Shown here piece by piece: positions 1-8,195 of a DNA stretch of 43,922 bases. The stretch spans positions 1-43,922 of IMG/VR virus record IMGVR_UViG_3300045988_002593. One strand, written 5' to 3'. Source of the DNA: a virus (Duplodnaviria; Heunggongvirae; Uroviricota; Caudoviricetes). The position numbers and the translations under genes were made by a program. The notes below the pieces were generated by a model. It saw nothing but the letters and a program-made list of their open reading frames with translations, searched no databases and had not been told where the DNA came from. Numbering within the stretch: the stretch's first letter is position 1; every line of letters begins with the position of its first letter.

Positions 1-119
1 ATTTTTTTTATCTATTTTCTGTGATGACTAGTTGACTATTATCCTCGACCCTATTATATTTACTTCATCGACAACGAGAACGGAGTAGAGAGAAATGGGC
101 AACGTATCGACGATAGAAA
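1..119. repeat. Terminal overlap copy, identical to 43804-43922 (circular closure or terminal redundancy)
   Basis: Bases 1-119 match 43804-43922 base for base, including promoter 32-60 and the first 25 nt of the gene at 95. Confidence 0.9.
32..60 (+). promoter_or_regulatory. Sigma70-like promoter for the early operon (TTGACT-17-TATATT)
   Basis: -35 TTGACT at 32-37, 17-bp spacer, -10 TATATT at 55-60; about 35 nt upstream of the ATG at 95, which has a GGAG-containing RBS. Confidence 0.5.
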
Positions 120-295
120 TAACCGAAGAACTCGAAGTTAAATGTATCGCATCAGCTATAATAGGGAATGGTTCGGTGGAAAAACTACAGATGAGGGCTG
201 CTGCGGGCTACATACGCAGGGCTAATAGCGCGCAGACTGATGTTTTACGTAAACGTTACCTCGTGAAAGCGTTAGAAATACTGGAGAATAACTAA
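95..295 (+). CDS. Hypothetical early protein; paralogous to the central domain of the 41310-41924 product
   Basis: ORF with RBS; motif AGYIRRANSAQTDVLRKRYLVKALE recurs as AIGYIRRANSAMTDTLRRQYLSKALE in the 204-aa protein. Confidence 0.6.
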   Translation: MGNVSTIEITEELEVKCIASAIIGNGSVEKLQMRAAAGYIRRANSAQTDVLRKRYLVKALEILENN

Positions 296-444
296 TGAAA
301 ATCACAGATATCGAAGCATTCAAAGACGCGCAACTGATGGCGAGCATCGCAGTTAGTAACCTGAGCAACAGCATTCCTGCGGACGCGTTCTGGTTCGCTG
401 CTATGCAGACACTTAAAGCAGCTTATGCAGGAGAGAAGAAATGA
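295..444 (+). CDS. Hypothetical small protein (49 aa)
   Basis: ATG overlaps the upstream stop (TAATG) and its stop overlaps the next ATG (ATGA); consistent with translational coupling. Confidence 0.4.
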   Translation: MKITDIEAFKDAQLMASIAVSNLSNSIPADAFWFAAMQTLKAAYAGEKK

Positions 445-638
445 AAGTTAAAGCCGCTAAAATTCTCTGGTTAGCCGCCCTTGACTATGTGACAGAGGGT
501 AAAGTGTATGATGTATACAACCCGACAGCTACTGGTTTCGGTTATATAGACTCCGACGACGACTGCCATATTTTCATAGACTTTGGTAACGATGATGGTG
601 ATGGTTTCCACGGCGTTAAATGGGAGGTTGTAGAATGA
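441..638 (+). CDS. Hypothetical early protein
   Basis: ORF track; start and stop overlap neighbouring genes. Confidence 0.5.
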   Translation: MKVKAAKILWLAALDYVTEGKVYDVYNPTATGFGYIDSDDDCHIFIDFGNDDGDGFHGVKWEVVE

Positions 639-796
639 GTGAACAAGTTCAAATAAACCCGTCAATACGAGTAGGCCGTAAGGTAAGTCACACCCCGTTT
701 CCTACACGCGAGGAACTGATGAAACGTAACAGTTTCCCTGGGCCGGACAAGAACAAGTATCTCAACCGCATGTGGGGAGAGCGTAAAAATGACTGA
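635..796 (+). CDS. Hypothetical small protein (53 aa)
   Basis: ATGA overlap with the upstream stop; ends within the start region of the next gene. Confidence 0.4.
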   Translation: MSEQVQINPSIRVGRKVSHTPFPTREELMKRNSFPGPDKNKYLNRMWGERKND

Positions 797-974
797 CCGT
801 GAATATGAAAAGATGATGGTAGAGGCCGTTAACGGCGGCGTAGACATTAGCCACGTGATGTGCGTCCTGAATAATAAAATCGCGGTAGCCGAGCAAATGG
901 TGGAGTCGCTTTATGAGACGCGCCGCGAACTGATTAACCGCTTCAACCTGAACAAAGGTGACACCAATGCCTAA
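789..974 (+). CDS. Hypothetical early protein
   Basis: ORF track; in the compact early operon. Confidence 0.5.
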   Translation: MTDREYEKMMVEAVNGGVDISHVMCVLNNKIAVAEQMVESLYETRRELINRFNLNKGDTNA

Positions 975-1266
975 AATCACAATAGCATCACTTGAGCGCC
1001 GTATTATGGTGCTTGAGTCAGAGAAACAGACGTTAGGCGGGCAACTGTCAATTAACGGTGAGTTTCAACTGGAGGCGTATAAAGAACTTCTAGAGGCGTT
1101 TAAAGAGCTACAAGCCATCGCGTCTGACATAGAAAATATGATTGGATTGTTGCAATCCGGGGAGTGGGCCGAACACTGCACTAAATCGGCGTTAGGAAAA
1201 CGGCTTGAGACGGAGATTACTGACATGCTGAGTTGTCTTGTTGAGGCGCCAGATGAGCACGCCTGA
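967..1266 (+). CDS. Hypothetical coiled-coil protein
   Basis: ORF track, start moved to the ATG at 967 with an AAAGG RBS; heptad-like LE/EL-rich sequence. Confidence 0.5.
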   Translation: MPKITIASLERRIMVLESEKQTLGGQLSINGEFQLEAYKELLEAFKELQAIASDIENMIGLLQSGEWAEHCTKSALGKRLETEITDMLSCLVEAPDEHA

Positions 1267-1435
1267 GCCGGTAGTTATCGATGGCGTCCTGTGGAAACCT
1301 TACTCGGTTAACCACATCGACGCCGATGGGAAGAAGTTCAGTTTCTACATTTTTGCGATTAGCCGTGAGCACGCTGCGTGTGTAGTAGACGATATACGAG
1401 AAACGGCGTGGCTTGGCGATGAGATAGTGGGGTGA
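1253..1435 (+). CDS. Hypothetical early protein
   Basis: ORF track, start at internal ATG 1253 preceded by GAGG. Confidence 0.45.
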   Translation: MSTPEPVVIDGVLWKPYSVNHIDADGKKFSFYIFAISREHAACVVDDIRETAWLGDEIVG

Positions 1436-1439
1436 GAGC

Positions 1440-1523
1440 ATGAGTCTTGAGGTTGTTATAAGTCTGGTTGGTCTTAGTTACTTCATTGGGCTATTGGTCG
1501 GTTTTCTGTGGGGTAGATACTAA
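1440..1523 (+). CDS. Hypothetical membrane peptide (27 aa)
   Basis: Short hydrophobic ORF whose stop overlaps the next ATG (TAATG); below the ORF-track size cut-off. Confidence 0.3.
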   Translation: MSLEVVISLVGLSYFIGLLVGFLWGRY

Positions 1524-1693
1524 TGTTCAGCGACATCAACGCAGCAATCGAAGAAGCAATCTGGCGCCGTTACAACGGCGAGCAACAGCGTCACTTCTGC
1601 CTGGTGCAACGTGGTAACATGGTCGCCGTGGTGCAGGACCGCGATAACAAATATCCAAATGCGATGTGGACAACGAGGAATTTCGTAGGATGA
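1523..1693 (+). CDS. Hypothetical small protein (56 aa)
   Basis: ATG overlaps the upstream stop; stop overlaps the ATG at 1690 (ATGA). Confidence 0.4.
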   Translation: MFSDINAAIEEAIWRRYNGEQQRHFCLVQRGNMVAVVQDRDNKYPNAMWTTRNFVG

Positions 1694-1926
1694 TTACCAG
1701 CATTCCGAACCTGATTAAAGAATTCGGCACGATGGCCGAGACATGCCGACAAACCGGCATCAACGAAATGACGATTGCCAAGTACAGTAAAGACGTTGAT
1801 TGCGAGCGCCACGTAATTTATAACAACCGTCTGATGACGCACGTTAAGACAAGCCCGGTGTTATTCACGCGCCGGGGTATCACTAAAACCGAGCAACGTA
1901 TCGCACGAGGGGAGAGCAGGGAATGA
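1690..1926 (+). CDS. Hypothetical early protein
   Basis: ORF track, start moved to the ATG at 1690. Confidence 0.45.
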   Translation: MITSIPNLIKEFGTMAETCRQTGINEMTIAKYSKDVDCERHVIYNNRLMTHVKTSPVLFTRRGITKTEQRIARGESRE

Positions 1927-1998
1927 TTGACGTCTGAATAGCCTGCTAGTATAGTTAAAACGCGTCATACACTAATTTAACGAACAGAGAGAGCAAAT

Positions 1999-2229
1999 AT
2001 GGATACTAAATTTGAAGTAATCGATGAAAACACAGTTACGGTAACTGAAGAAGGTAGCCACTACATCCTTATTGATAAGGTAAATGGTAGTTGGAGAGCA
2101 AAAGCGTACTTTAACGGTGGCGCTACAGTTGTATCAAAAGGCACGCATACGTCTTTTACTTCCGCATACGATAACCTTAAAGATGCGGTTAAATCCGCGG
2201 CCAGTCATATGGCATCAGCAGAGCTGTAA
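1999..2229 (+). CDS. Hypothetical protein
   Basis: ORF with RBS GAGAGAG upstream; followed by an intrinsic terminator. Confidence 0.55.
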   Translation: MDTKFEVIDENTVTVTEEGSHYILIDKVNGSWRAKAYFNGGATVVSKGTHTSFTSAYDNLKDAVKSAASHMASAEL

Positions 2230-2244
2230 AATACCCGCTCAACA

Positions 2245-2267
2245 AGCCCTCTACGGAGGGCTTTTCT
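2245..2267 (+). terminator. Rho-independent terminator ending the early operon
   Basis: GCCCTC/GAGGGC stem with TACG loop followed by TTTTCT. Confidence 0.55.
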
Positions 2268-2296
2268 GTACATCCTGCCCAATCCCCTTATATAAT
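2267..2296 (+). promoter_or_regulatory. Candidate promoter for the packaging/head operon
   Basis: Perfect -10 TATAAT at 2291-2296 with a weak -35 (TGTACA, 18-bp spacer); followed by a 7-bp-stem hairpin at 2303-2321. Confidence 0.35.
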
Positions 2297-2361
2297 CCCT
2301 TTAGACGCGTAGGGCGCGTCTGGTGCGCTCTGATGGTCAGACGCATATGCAAGGGGATTCT

Positions 2362-2871
2362 ATGAAGCTGAAACTTAAGCAGCCATCGCCAGAGGTGGTG
2401 CAAGCTGCACATGAAGAAGCTGTTAGCGCAAACCGTCGCCGTAAACGGCCGCGCGGCAAACAGAGCCTTTATCAATCATCTCGTAATTCCGCCGCGTTGT
2501 GGGACCCGGACTATTGCGACGCGTTAATCGAGTTCTTTGACCGCACGTCATGGGAGCTTGTACCCACGTCTAAGGGTGACGAACGTCCGTTGATTCAGGA
2601 TAAACCGCCATCACTGGCTCGCTTCGCCTTACACATCGGTGTCACTATCCCGATTATTAAGCTTTGGCTGCGTGAGATTCCCGCATTTGCAGAAGCCTGG
2701 GAGACAGCACAGGCGCTGGAAGAGGCATACTTCACTGAAACGGGGGCCGCGGGCATCTCTGCTACGTTTGCTGCCGCGAAACTGGGCCTGAATAAAACAG
2801 TTGTCGCCGAAGAAGTACGCGACGAGCCAATCAGCGAAGTAACAATTAAGGTGGTGTCCGGTGAATGTTAA
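2362..2871 (+). CDS. Putative terminase small subunit
   Basis: Directly upstream of and overlapping the large terminase gene; basic N-terminus; size typical of TerS; assigned by position only. Confidence 0.5.
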   Translation: MKLKLKQPSPEVVQAAHEEAVSANRRRKRPRGKQSLYQSSRNSAALWDPDYCDALIEFFDRTSWELVPTSKGDERPLIQDKPPSLARFALHIGVTIPIIKLWLREIPAFAEAWETAQALEEAYFTETGAAGISATFAAAKLGLNKTVVAEEVRDEPISEVTIKVVSGEC

Positions 2872-4132
2872 TATCACGGCAACGGAGCCGCAAGGCGCGT
2901 TTCTCGGTATGCATTGCAAGTTTCCGGCATTCGTAGCTGGCTTCGGTACGGGTAAATCCGAAGTTATGTGCAACTCTGCACTACTCGACAGCATGGAAGG
3001 TGGTAGCGATTCTATCATCGCCATGTATGAGCCGACTTATGACCTGGTGCGCCTCATCCTTGCACCGCGTATGGAAGAAAAGCTCACCGACTGGGGTATC
3101 CGGTACAAATACAACAAGTCTGACAACATAATCTATACGTCTTCCGGACAATTTGGGGATTTTGTTCTGCGTACACTTGATAATCCAGCACGAATCGTTG
3201 GCTACGAATCGTTTCGTGCGAAAATCGACGAGTTGGACACCCTTAACATGGAGCACGCCGAGCACGCGTGGAACAAAGTCATCGCCCGTAACCGCCAGTT
3301 GCCGCGGACATATAAACCTATTACACCGAAACCTGCTAATACCGTTTCCGTGTTCACTACCCCGGAAGGATTCCGTTTCGTACATGACCGCTGGGTAGTC
3401 AAAAAGAATCCAGGCTACGAGATGATTCAGGCGTCCACCCTGTCTAACCCGTTCCTGCCAGAAGATTATGTGCAGTCGTTACGCGACACATACCCAGGTC
3501 AGTTGATTGACGCCTACATCAACGGCGAGTTCGTCAACCTGACGGCGGGGACTGTCTATTACGCCTATGACCGCAGGAAAAACAGCAGCCGCGAAACAAT
3601 AAAACCAGGCGAGACTCTGTATATCGGGCAGGACTTTAACGTAGGCCACATGGCTAGTACAGTTTACGTGCAACGTGGCAAAGTCTGGCATGCAGTCGCC
3701 GAGTTGGTGGATATGTTCGATACGCCCGATGTGGTGAGAGCCGTAACAGAGCGCTGGAAAAGTAAGGGCCACTATATCGTTATGTACCCCGACGCAAGCG
3801 GTAAAAACCGTAAAAGTAACAACGCCAGCACATCTGATATTGCCCAGTTACAGCAGGCCGGCTTCGAAGTGCGCGCTAAATCGACAAACCCACCGGTTAA
3901 AGACCGCGTAGCGGCGATGAATAAGGCGCTTGAATCTGGTATGGTCATGATTAATGAACAGGCTTGCCCTGTTACCGCACGATGCCTGGAGCAACAGGCT
4001 TACGACAAGAACGGCGAACCGGATAAATCAGGCGGTGTGGACCACCAGAATGATGGAACCACATACCCTATCGCGTATGAAATGCCGATTCGCAAACCAG
4101 TTATTAACGTCCCGGTGACTTTCGCACTTTAA
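2861..4132 (+). CDS. Terminase large subunit
   Basis: Walker A-like GFGTGKS near the N-terminus, 423 aa, directly upstream of the portal gene. Confidence 0.85.
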   Translation: MNVNITATEPQGAFLGMHCKFPAFVAGFGTGKSEVMCNSALLDSMEGGSDSIIAMYEPTYDLVRLILAPRMEEKLTDWGIRYKYNKSDNIIYTSSGQFGDFVLRTLDNPARIVGYESFRAKIDELDTLNMEHAEHAWNKVIARNRQLPRTYKPITPKPANTVSVFTTPEGFRFVHDRWVVKKNPGYEMIQASTLSNPFLPEDYVQSLRDTYPGQLIDAYINGEFVNLTAGTVYYAYDRRKNSSRETIKPGETLYIGQDFNVGHMASTVYVQRGKVWHAVAELVDMFDTPDVVRAVTERWKSKGHYIVMYPDASGKNRKSNNASTSDIAQLQQAGFEVRAKSTNPPVKDRVAAMNKALESGMVMINEQACPVTARCLEQQAYDKNGEPDKSGGVDHQNDGTTYPIAYEMPIRKPVINVPVTFAL

Positions 4133-4144
4133 GAGGATTATTCA

Positions 4145-5626
4145 ATGTTAACTATGAACGGTCAGAATCAGGGTGTTAAGACAAAACACCGGGAATGGCT
4201 GCATCACTTCGATAAATGGCAGAAGGTACGCCACGCTCTTGAAGGCGACCTTATCCGCTATCTGCGCAACGTCGGGAAGAACGAGCCTGACCAGACCTAC
4301 GCAGCACAGCGACAGGAAGAATACGAGAACGGCGCTATCTGCTACAATTTCACCAAACGCACGCTGGCGGGGATGACGGGGTCAGTGATGCGCAAAGACC
4401 CTGAGCAGATTATCCCGCCTGAACTTGAGTACCTGTTGCACAACGCTGACGGTTCAGGTGTCGGGCTGTGGCAGCACGCGCAGGATACGCTGATGGAGAT
4501 TAACTCGATAGGCCGTGGCGGGTTGCTGGTGGACGCCCCGGAAACAGCCGCAGCAACGGCGGCAGAGCAGAACGCGGGATTATTAAACCCGGTAATCGCA
4601 TTCTATACCGCGGAGAACATTATCAACTGGAGACTCACCCGCATCGGTTCAGTGAACCGCGTGACGATGGTTGTATTGCGTGAGGCATGGGAATACTCGG
4701 AACCAGGCGCTGAGTTTGAAACAAAATTCGGCGAGCAATACCGCGTCCTTGACCTGATTGACGGTCGCTACCGCCAGCGCATCTACCGCTTCGATGCCGA
4801 AGGTGGCGCACAGGATGAAGTAATCGAAATCTTCCCGGAACTCGGCGAACAGTTGCGCGGTAAAATCCCGTTCACGTTCATTGGCGCAAGCAACAACGAC
4901 GCCACTATAGACGATGCGCCTTTACTGCCGTTAGCTGAGCTAAATATAGGACACTTCAGAAATTCGGCCGATGTGGAAGAGGCCAGCTTTATAGTAGGTC
5001 AACCGACACTGTTCATTGCCCCCGGCGAGAACATGAGCATGGAGCAGTGGAAAGAAGCCAACCCACACGGCATACGCATGGGGTCGCGTTCAGGCCACAA
5101 CATCGGCTCCGGCGGAAATGCGTTTCTGGTTCAGGCGGCGGAAACTAACCTCGCCAAACAGAATATGCTGGATAAAGAGAATCAGGCCATCCAGATTGGC
5201 GCGCAGCTTATCACCCCGACGCAGCAAATCACCGCGGAATCGGCCCGCCTGCAACGCGGCGCCGACACGTCAGTCATGGCAACAATAGCACGTAATGTAA
5301 GCATGGCGTATACCGATGCGTTGCGCTGGGTTGCGGGTATGCTTGGGCTTAGTGAAGATACTGAGATTGAGTTCAAGCTGAATATGGAATTCTTCCTGCA
5401 ACCTATGACAGCTCAGGACCGCGCTCAGTGGATGGCGGATATTAACGCTGGCCTGCTACCCGCCACCGCTTACTATGCTGCGTTGCGCAAGGCAGGTGTG
5501 ACTGACTGGACAGATGAGGACATTCAGAACGCTATTGAAGACGCACCTCTGCCGTTGGGTTCTGTTGCTCAGGTAGCGGGAGAGATTCCGCAGTCGGCGC
5601 AGCAACAGGACACCACTCAGCAGTAA
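4145..5626 (+). CDS. Portal protein
   Basis: 493-aa ORF immediately after the terminase; canonical position and size. Confidence 0.7.
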   Translation: MLTMNGQNQGVKTKHREWLHHFDKWQKVRHALEGDLIRYLRNVGKNEPDQTYAAQRQEEYENGAICYNFTKRTLAGMTGSVMRKDPEQIIPPELEYLLHNADGSGVGLWQHAQDTLMEINSIGRGGLLVDAPETAAATAAEQNAGLLNPVIAFYTAENIINWRLTRIGSVNRVTMVVLREAWEYSEPGAEFETKFGEQYRVLDLIDGRYRQRIYRFDAEGGAQDEVIEIFPELGEQLRGKIPFTFIGASNNDATIDDAPLLPLAELNIGHFRNSADVEEASFIVGQPTLFIAPGENMSMEQWKEANPHGIRMGSRSGHNIGSGGNAFLVQAAETNLAKQNMLDKENQAIQIGAQLITPTQQITAESARLQRGADTSVMATIARNVSMAYTDALRWVAGMLGLSEDTEIEFKLNMEFFLQPMTAQDRAQWMADINAGLLPATAYYAALRKAGVTDWTDEDIQNAIEDAPLPLGSVAQVAGEIPQSAQQQDTTQQ

Positions 5627-5662
5627 GTTCACCTATAGCCCCGAAAGGGGCTTTCTTATAGT

Positions 5663-6739
5663 ATGCTATTAACTTTAGCGCCACAGGGTTTATCTATGAG
5701 CTTACTTACATCCCTAATCAGCCATCAGATATGGCTGCAACGCACCGCATCCGGTGAAGTGAAAGACCTCACGCCGTTCATTCAGGAGATAAGGGATGAA
5801 ATCAAACGGCAGGTGCTGTTATTCGGTGACGACGGTCGCAGCACTGCGCGACTGAATAAACTGTTACGCGACCTGGAAGAAGCACTAACCGGTATTACGG
5901 GTGACTGGCAAACAAAGCTAACAGACGACCTTAAGGAACTGTCGGCGTACGAGGCTGAGTGGAACGTAAAGACACTGACCGCCAACGTAGACGCGGAATT
6001 TGTTACGCCTACCGCTGAGCAGGTATGGGCCGCTGCCGAGTTTCAACCATTATCATTGAGCGACAAGCCCGTTGATTTCACCAAGCTGATGTCTGGATGG
6101 GGCGAAACGGAAGTAGCACGTCTTGTAACTGGAGTTAAGATGGGCTTTGTGCAAGGTCAAACCACACGGCAGATTGTTAAGAATGTTGTTGGCGCTGGTG
6201 GACTAGCCGACATCTCAGAACGTAACGCGACTACGGTAATCCGCACCGCGCTGTCCCACGTATCCAACGAGGCCCGTAACGAGACGTACCGCCAGAACGA
6301 CGACATCATCGAGAAATATGAGTGGGTGTCAACTTTGGACAGCCGTACCAGCACGATTTGCAGGGCCAGAGACGGAATGACGTGGGAAATCGGTAAAGGT
6401 CCGATGCCACCAGCCCATCCTAATTGCCGAAGTACCACTGCACCGGTAATCAGTTCAGAGTTCGACTTCCTTGATAAAGGCGCAAAACGTGCGGCTAAGG
6501 GTGCGGACGGCGGTACTCAGGTAAGCGCAGACACCACCTATTACGAGTTCCTGAAACAACAACCAGCATGGTTTCAGGACCAGGCGCTCGGTCCTGTTCG
6601 TGGTAAGATTTTCCGTAACAGCGGTATATCGCCGGAAGAGTTTCGCGTAAAATCTGTAGATGGTTTCGGGAATCCGCTTACGCTTAAGCAGATGGCGGAA
6701 CTCGATAAACGTGTTGCTGATTATCTGAAAGGGGATTAA
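5663..6739 (+). CDS. Head morphogenesis / minor head protein
   Basis: 358-aa ORF directly after the portal gene, the usual position of this family. Confidence 0.55.
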   Translation: MLLTLAPQGLSMSLLTSLISHQIWLQRTASGEVKDLTPFIQEIRDEIKRQVLLFGDDGRSTARLNKLLRDLEEALTGITGDWQTKLTDDLKELSAYEAEWNVKTLTANVDAEFVTPTAEQVWAAAEFQPLSLSDKPVDFTKLMSGWGETEVARLVTGVKMGFVQGQTTRQIVKNVVGAGGLADISERNATTVIRTALSHVSNEARNETYRQNDDIIEKYEWVSTLDSRTSTICRARDGMTWEIGKGPMPPAHPNCRSTTAPVISSEFDFLDKGAKRAAKGADGGTQVSADTTYYEFLKQQPAWFQDQALGPVRGKIFRNSGISPEEFRVKSVDGFGNPLTLKQMAELDKRVADYLKGD

Positions 6740-7200
6740 TGATGGGCTTTTTCAAAGTAACTGATGTGCCGTCACGTCGCGTAGTCCAGTACGCTCGGGT
6801 GTCTGGCTCTGGTGAGAACGTGGTGTTTATTGAGGATGAAAGTGTACTGGGTACCCCGGTAGACGACATGCCGTTTGCGGATAAAACCGGCATTGCGCTG
6901 CCTGCGGCCGGTATGCTCTATGAGATTCCGTATCTGGCGGACGCAGGCGATGTGTATTTCTCTGTGCAACCAAAAGACGCTGAACTGGCCGACGGCAGCG
7001 CGACTATCACTGTCGAAGTTAAAGCAGGTGAAGCGCCGTATGCACTGACCTGGTACAAAGACGGTAAGGAAGTTGTCAACGCCCCGGAAGAGGCACTTTC
7101 CTTGACGGTTAACGCAGTGGGTGAATACTTCGTTAAAGTTACCGATGCTGATGGTGTAGAGGCTGTCAGTAAAGCTGCGAAGGTCACTAAGCCCGAATGA
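6739..7200 (+). CDS. Ig-like domain protein (possible capsid decoration or adhesin)
   Basis: Motif YALTWYKDGKEV...GEYFVKVTDADG resembles Ig-like folds; paralogous to 10512-10862. Confidence 0.45.
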   Translation: MMGFFKVTDVPSRRVVQYARVSGSGENVVFIEDESVLGTPVDDMPFADKTGIALPAAGMLYEIPYLADAGDVYFSVQPKDAELADGSATITVEVKAGEAPYALTWYKDGKEVVNAPEEALSLTVNAVGEYFVKVTDADGVEAVSKAAKVTKPE

Positions 7201-7203
7201 TAA

Positions 7204-7230
7204 AAGGCCCCATTAAGGGGCCTTAGTTTT
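7204..7230. terminator. Bidirectional intrinsic terminator
   Basis: AAGGCCCC/GGGGCCTT stem with ATTAA loop, T-run on + and A-run upstream; sits between convergent genes. Confidence 0.65.
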
Positions 7231-7433
7231 CAACGGAATCTTGTGTTTAAATCCTGCTCGTGGACGACCTTCAGAACAGTGTCATAATCCCCGTATCTTC
7301 CAGGTTCAAATACATCTAATGCCTTGTAAGCAGACATTGCGTCAGGGAAAACCTGCAGAACCTTTTTAACACGGCACAAGTCACCGTCGAACTCTTCATC
7401 GAACTCTTGAACTACTTCGCAAATTGCATACAT
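7230..7433 (-). CDS. Hypothetical acidic protein
   Basis: ORF track; RBS AGGAGG upstream of the start on the minus strand. Confidence 0.55.
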   Translation of the reverse strand: MYAICEVVQEFDEEFDGDLCRVKKVLQVFPDAMSAYKALDVFEPGRYGDYDTVLKVVHEQDLNTRFR

Positions 7434-7460
7434 TTTTCACCTCCTGCTTAAGTTAACTGA

Positions 7461-7489
7461 ATAGTACCCTATTATATTGGGGTGTGCAA
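7461..7489 (-). promoter_or_regulatory. Promoter, TTGCAC-17-TACTATTCA class
   Basis: Minus-strand -35 TTGCAC (7484-7489), 17-bp spacer containing TATAAT, -10 TACTAT (7461-7466); drives 7230-7433. Confidence 0.5.
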
Positions 7490-7555
7490 ACTATTTATTT
7501 ACTTATTCCAGTTATTCCGCTCAATTGTAAATGTTGTAATAAACTATTCGAATAG

Positions 7556-7584
7556 TTGACTTTTCACTAAAAATATGATAAGCT
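7556..7584 (+). promoter_or_regulatory. Promoter with extended -10 (TTGACT-17-TAAGCT) preceding conserved element A
   Basis: -35 TTGACT, TG at -15/-14, -10 TAAGCT; identical architecture at 39399-39427; -35 overlaps the 14-bp palindrome ACTATTCGAATAGT (7543-7556). Confidence 0.45.
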
Positions 7585-7590
7585 CCACCT

Positions 7591-7791
7591 GAGCTTGTGA
7601 AGTATGAACAAGCGACCGCGGCGCGGGCAGGTAACGGAGCGGGACGTAAGTCCTGAGTGTAGTTACGCTGACGCGTTCGGAAGGGCCATACTCTATTGCT
7701 TGTGTAAAAAGTAACAGGTTTACTTAGATTACGCCGTTTCTATGTTTAAATGATAAGGACTAGCGCCCTGCTTTAAGGCAGGGCTTTACTT
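7591..7791 (+). ncRNA. Candidate structured leader/ncRNA, copy A (conserved core about 7591-7698)
   Basis: About 118 nt conserved with 39424-39541; compensatory stem GGAC-GUAA-GUCC here versus GUGC-GUCA-GCAC in copy B; ends at an intrinsic terminator. Confidence 0.3.
7765..7791 (+). terminator. Intrinsic terminator between element A and the spanin genes
   Basis: GCCCTGC/GCAGGGC stem, TTTAAG loop, then TTTACTT. Confidence 0.5.
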
Positions 7792-7808
7792 ATCGAGAAA
7801 GGGGAAAC

Positions 7809-8195
7809 ATGAATCTTAAAGCAACCGTCGTAGCAGGAGCATGTTTCATCATCCTGGCTTACACACACGGCATTTATCAGTACCGCAGCGGCTGGCACGA
7901 AGGCCGCGCTAATCTCGTTTCGCAGCAACAGCAGAAAGCACAGGCCGAGTTAGCGAAGAAAACACAACGGCAGCAGCAAGATGAATCAAAGGCCGCCGCC
8001 GCTGACAACGAAGGCAAGACGAAATCAGAGGTGATCACCCGTGAAGTCGTTAAGTACATTAAAACTCCTGGTCGCAGCGTGTGCACTTTCGACCCTGAGC
8101 GCGTGCAGCTCAAGTCCCGCGCCGTCGCAAACGCCAATTCCATCCCCGGATACGACGATGATGCAGCCGCCGTGCAAGCTGGCACCGCCGAGTAG
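7809..8195 (+). CDS. Putative i-spanin (Rz-like)
   Basis: N-terminal TM helix, Q/A/K-rich coiled coil, periplasmic C-terminus; an overlapping lipoprotein ORF lies in another frame. Confidence 0.55.
   Translation: MNLKATVVAGACFIILAYTHGIYQYRSGWHEGRANLVSQQQQKAQAELAKKTQRQQQDESKAAAADNEGKTKSEVITREVVKYIKTPGRSVCTFDPERVQLKSRAVANANSIPGYDDDAAAVQAGTAE

Noticed and set aside
1-119. Terminal repeat as a mobile-element LTR or inverted repeat
   Set aside because: It is a direct, exact duplication of the opposite window end that contains ordinary promoter and gene-start sequence; consistent with circular assembly overlap or terminal redundancy, not a transposable element.
7604-7714. Small peptide ORFs (36 and 41 codons) starting with MNKRPR inside the two conserved elements
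   Set aside because: The two copies keep nucleotide identity across compensating indels that shift the reading frame in the middle, and no convincing Shine-Dalgarno precedes the ATG; conservation is better explained at the RNA or DNA level. Kept only as a low-probability alternative.
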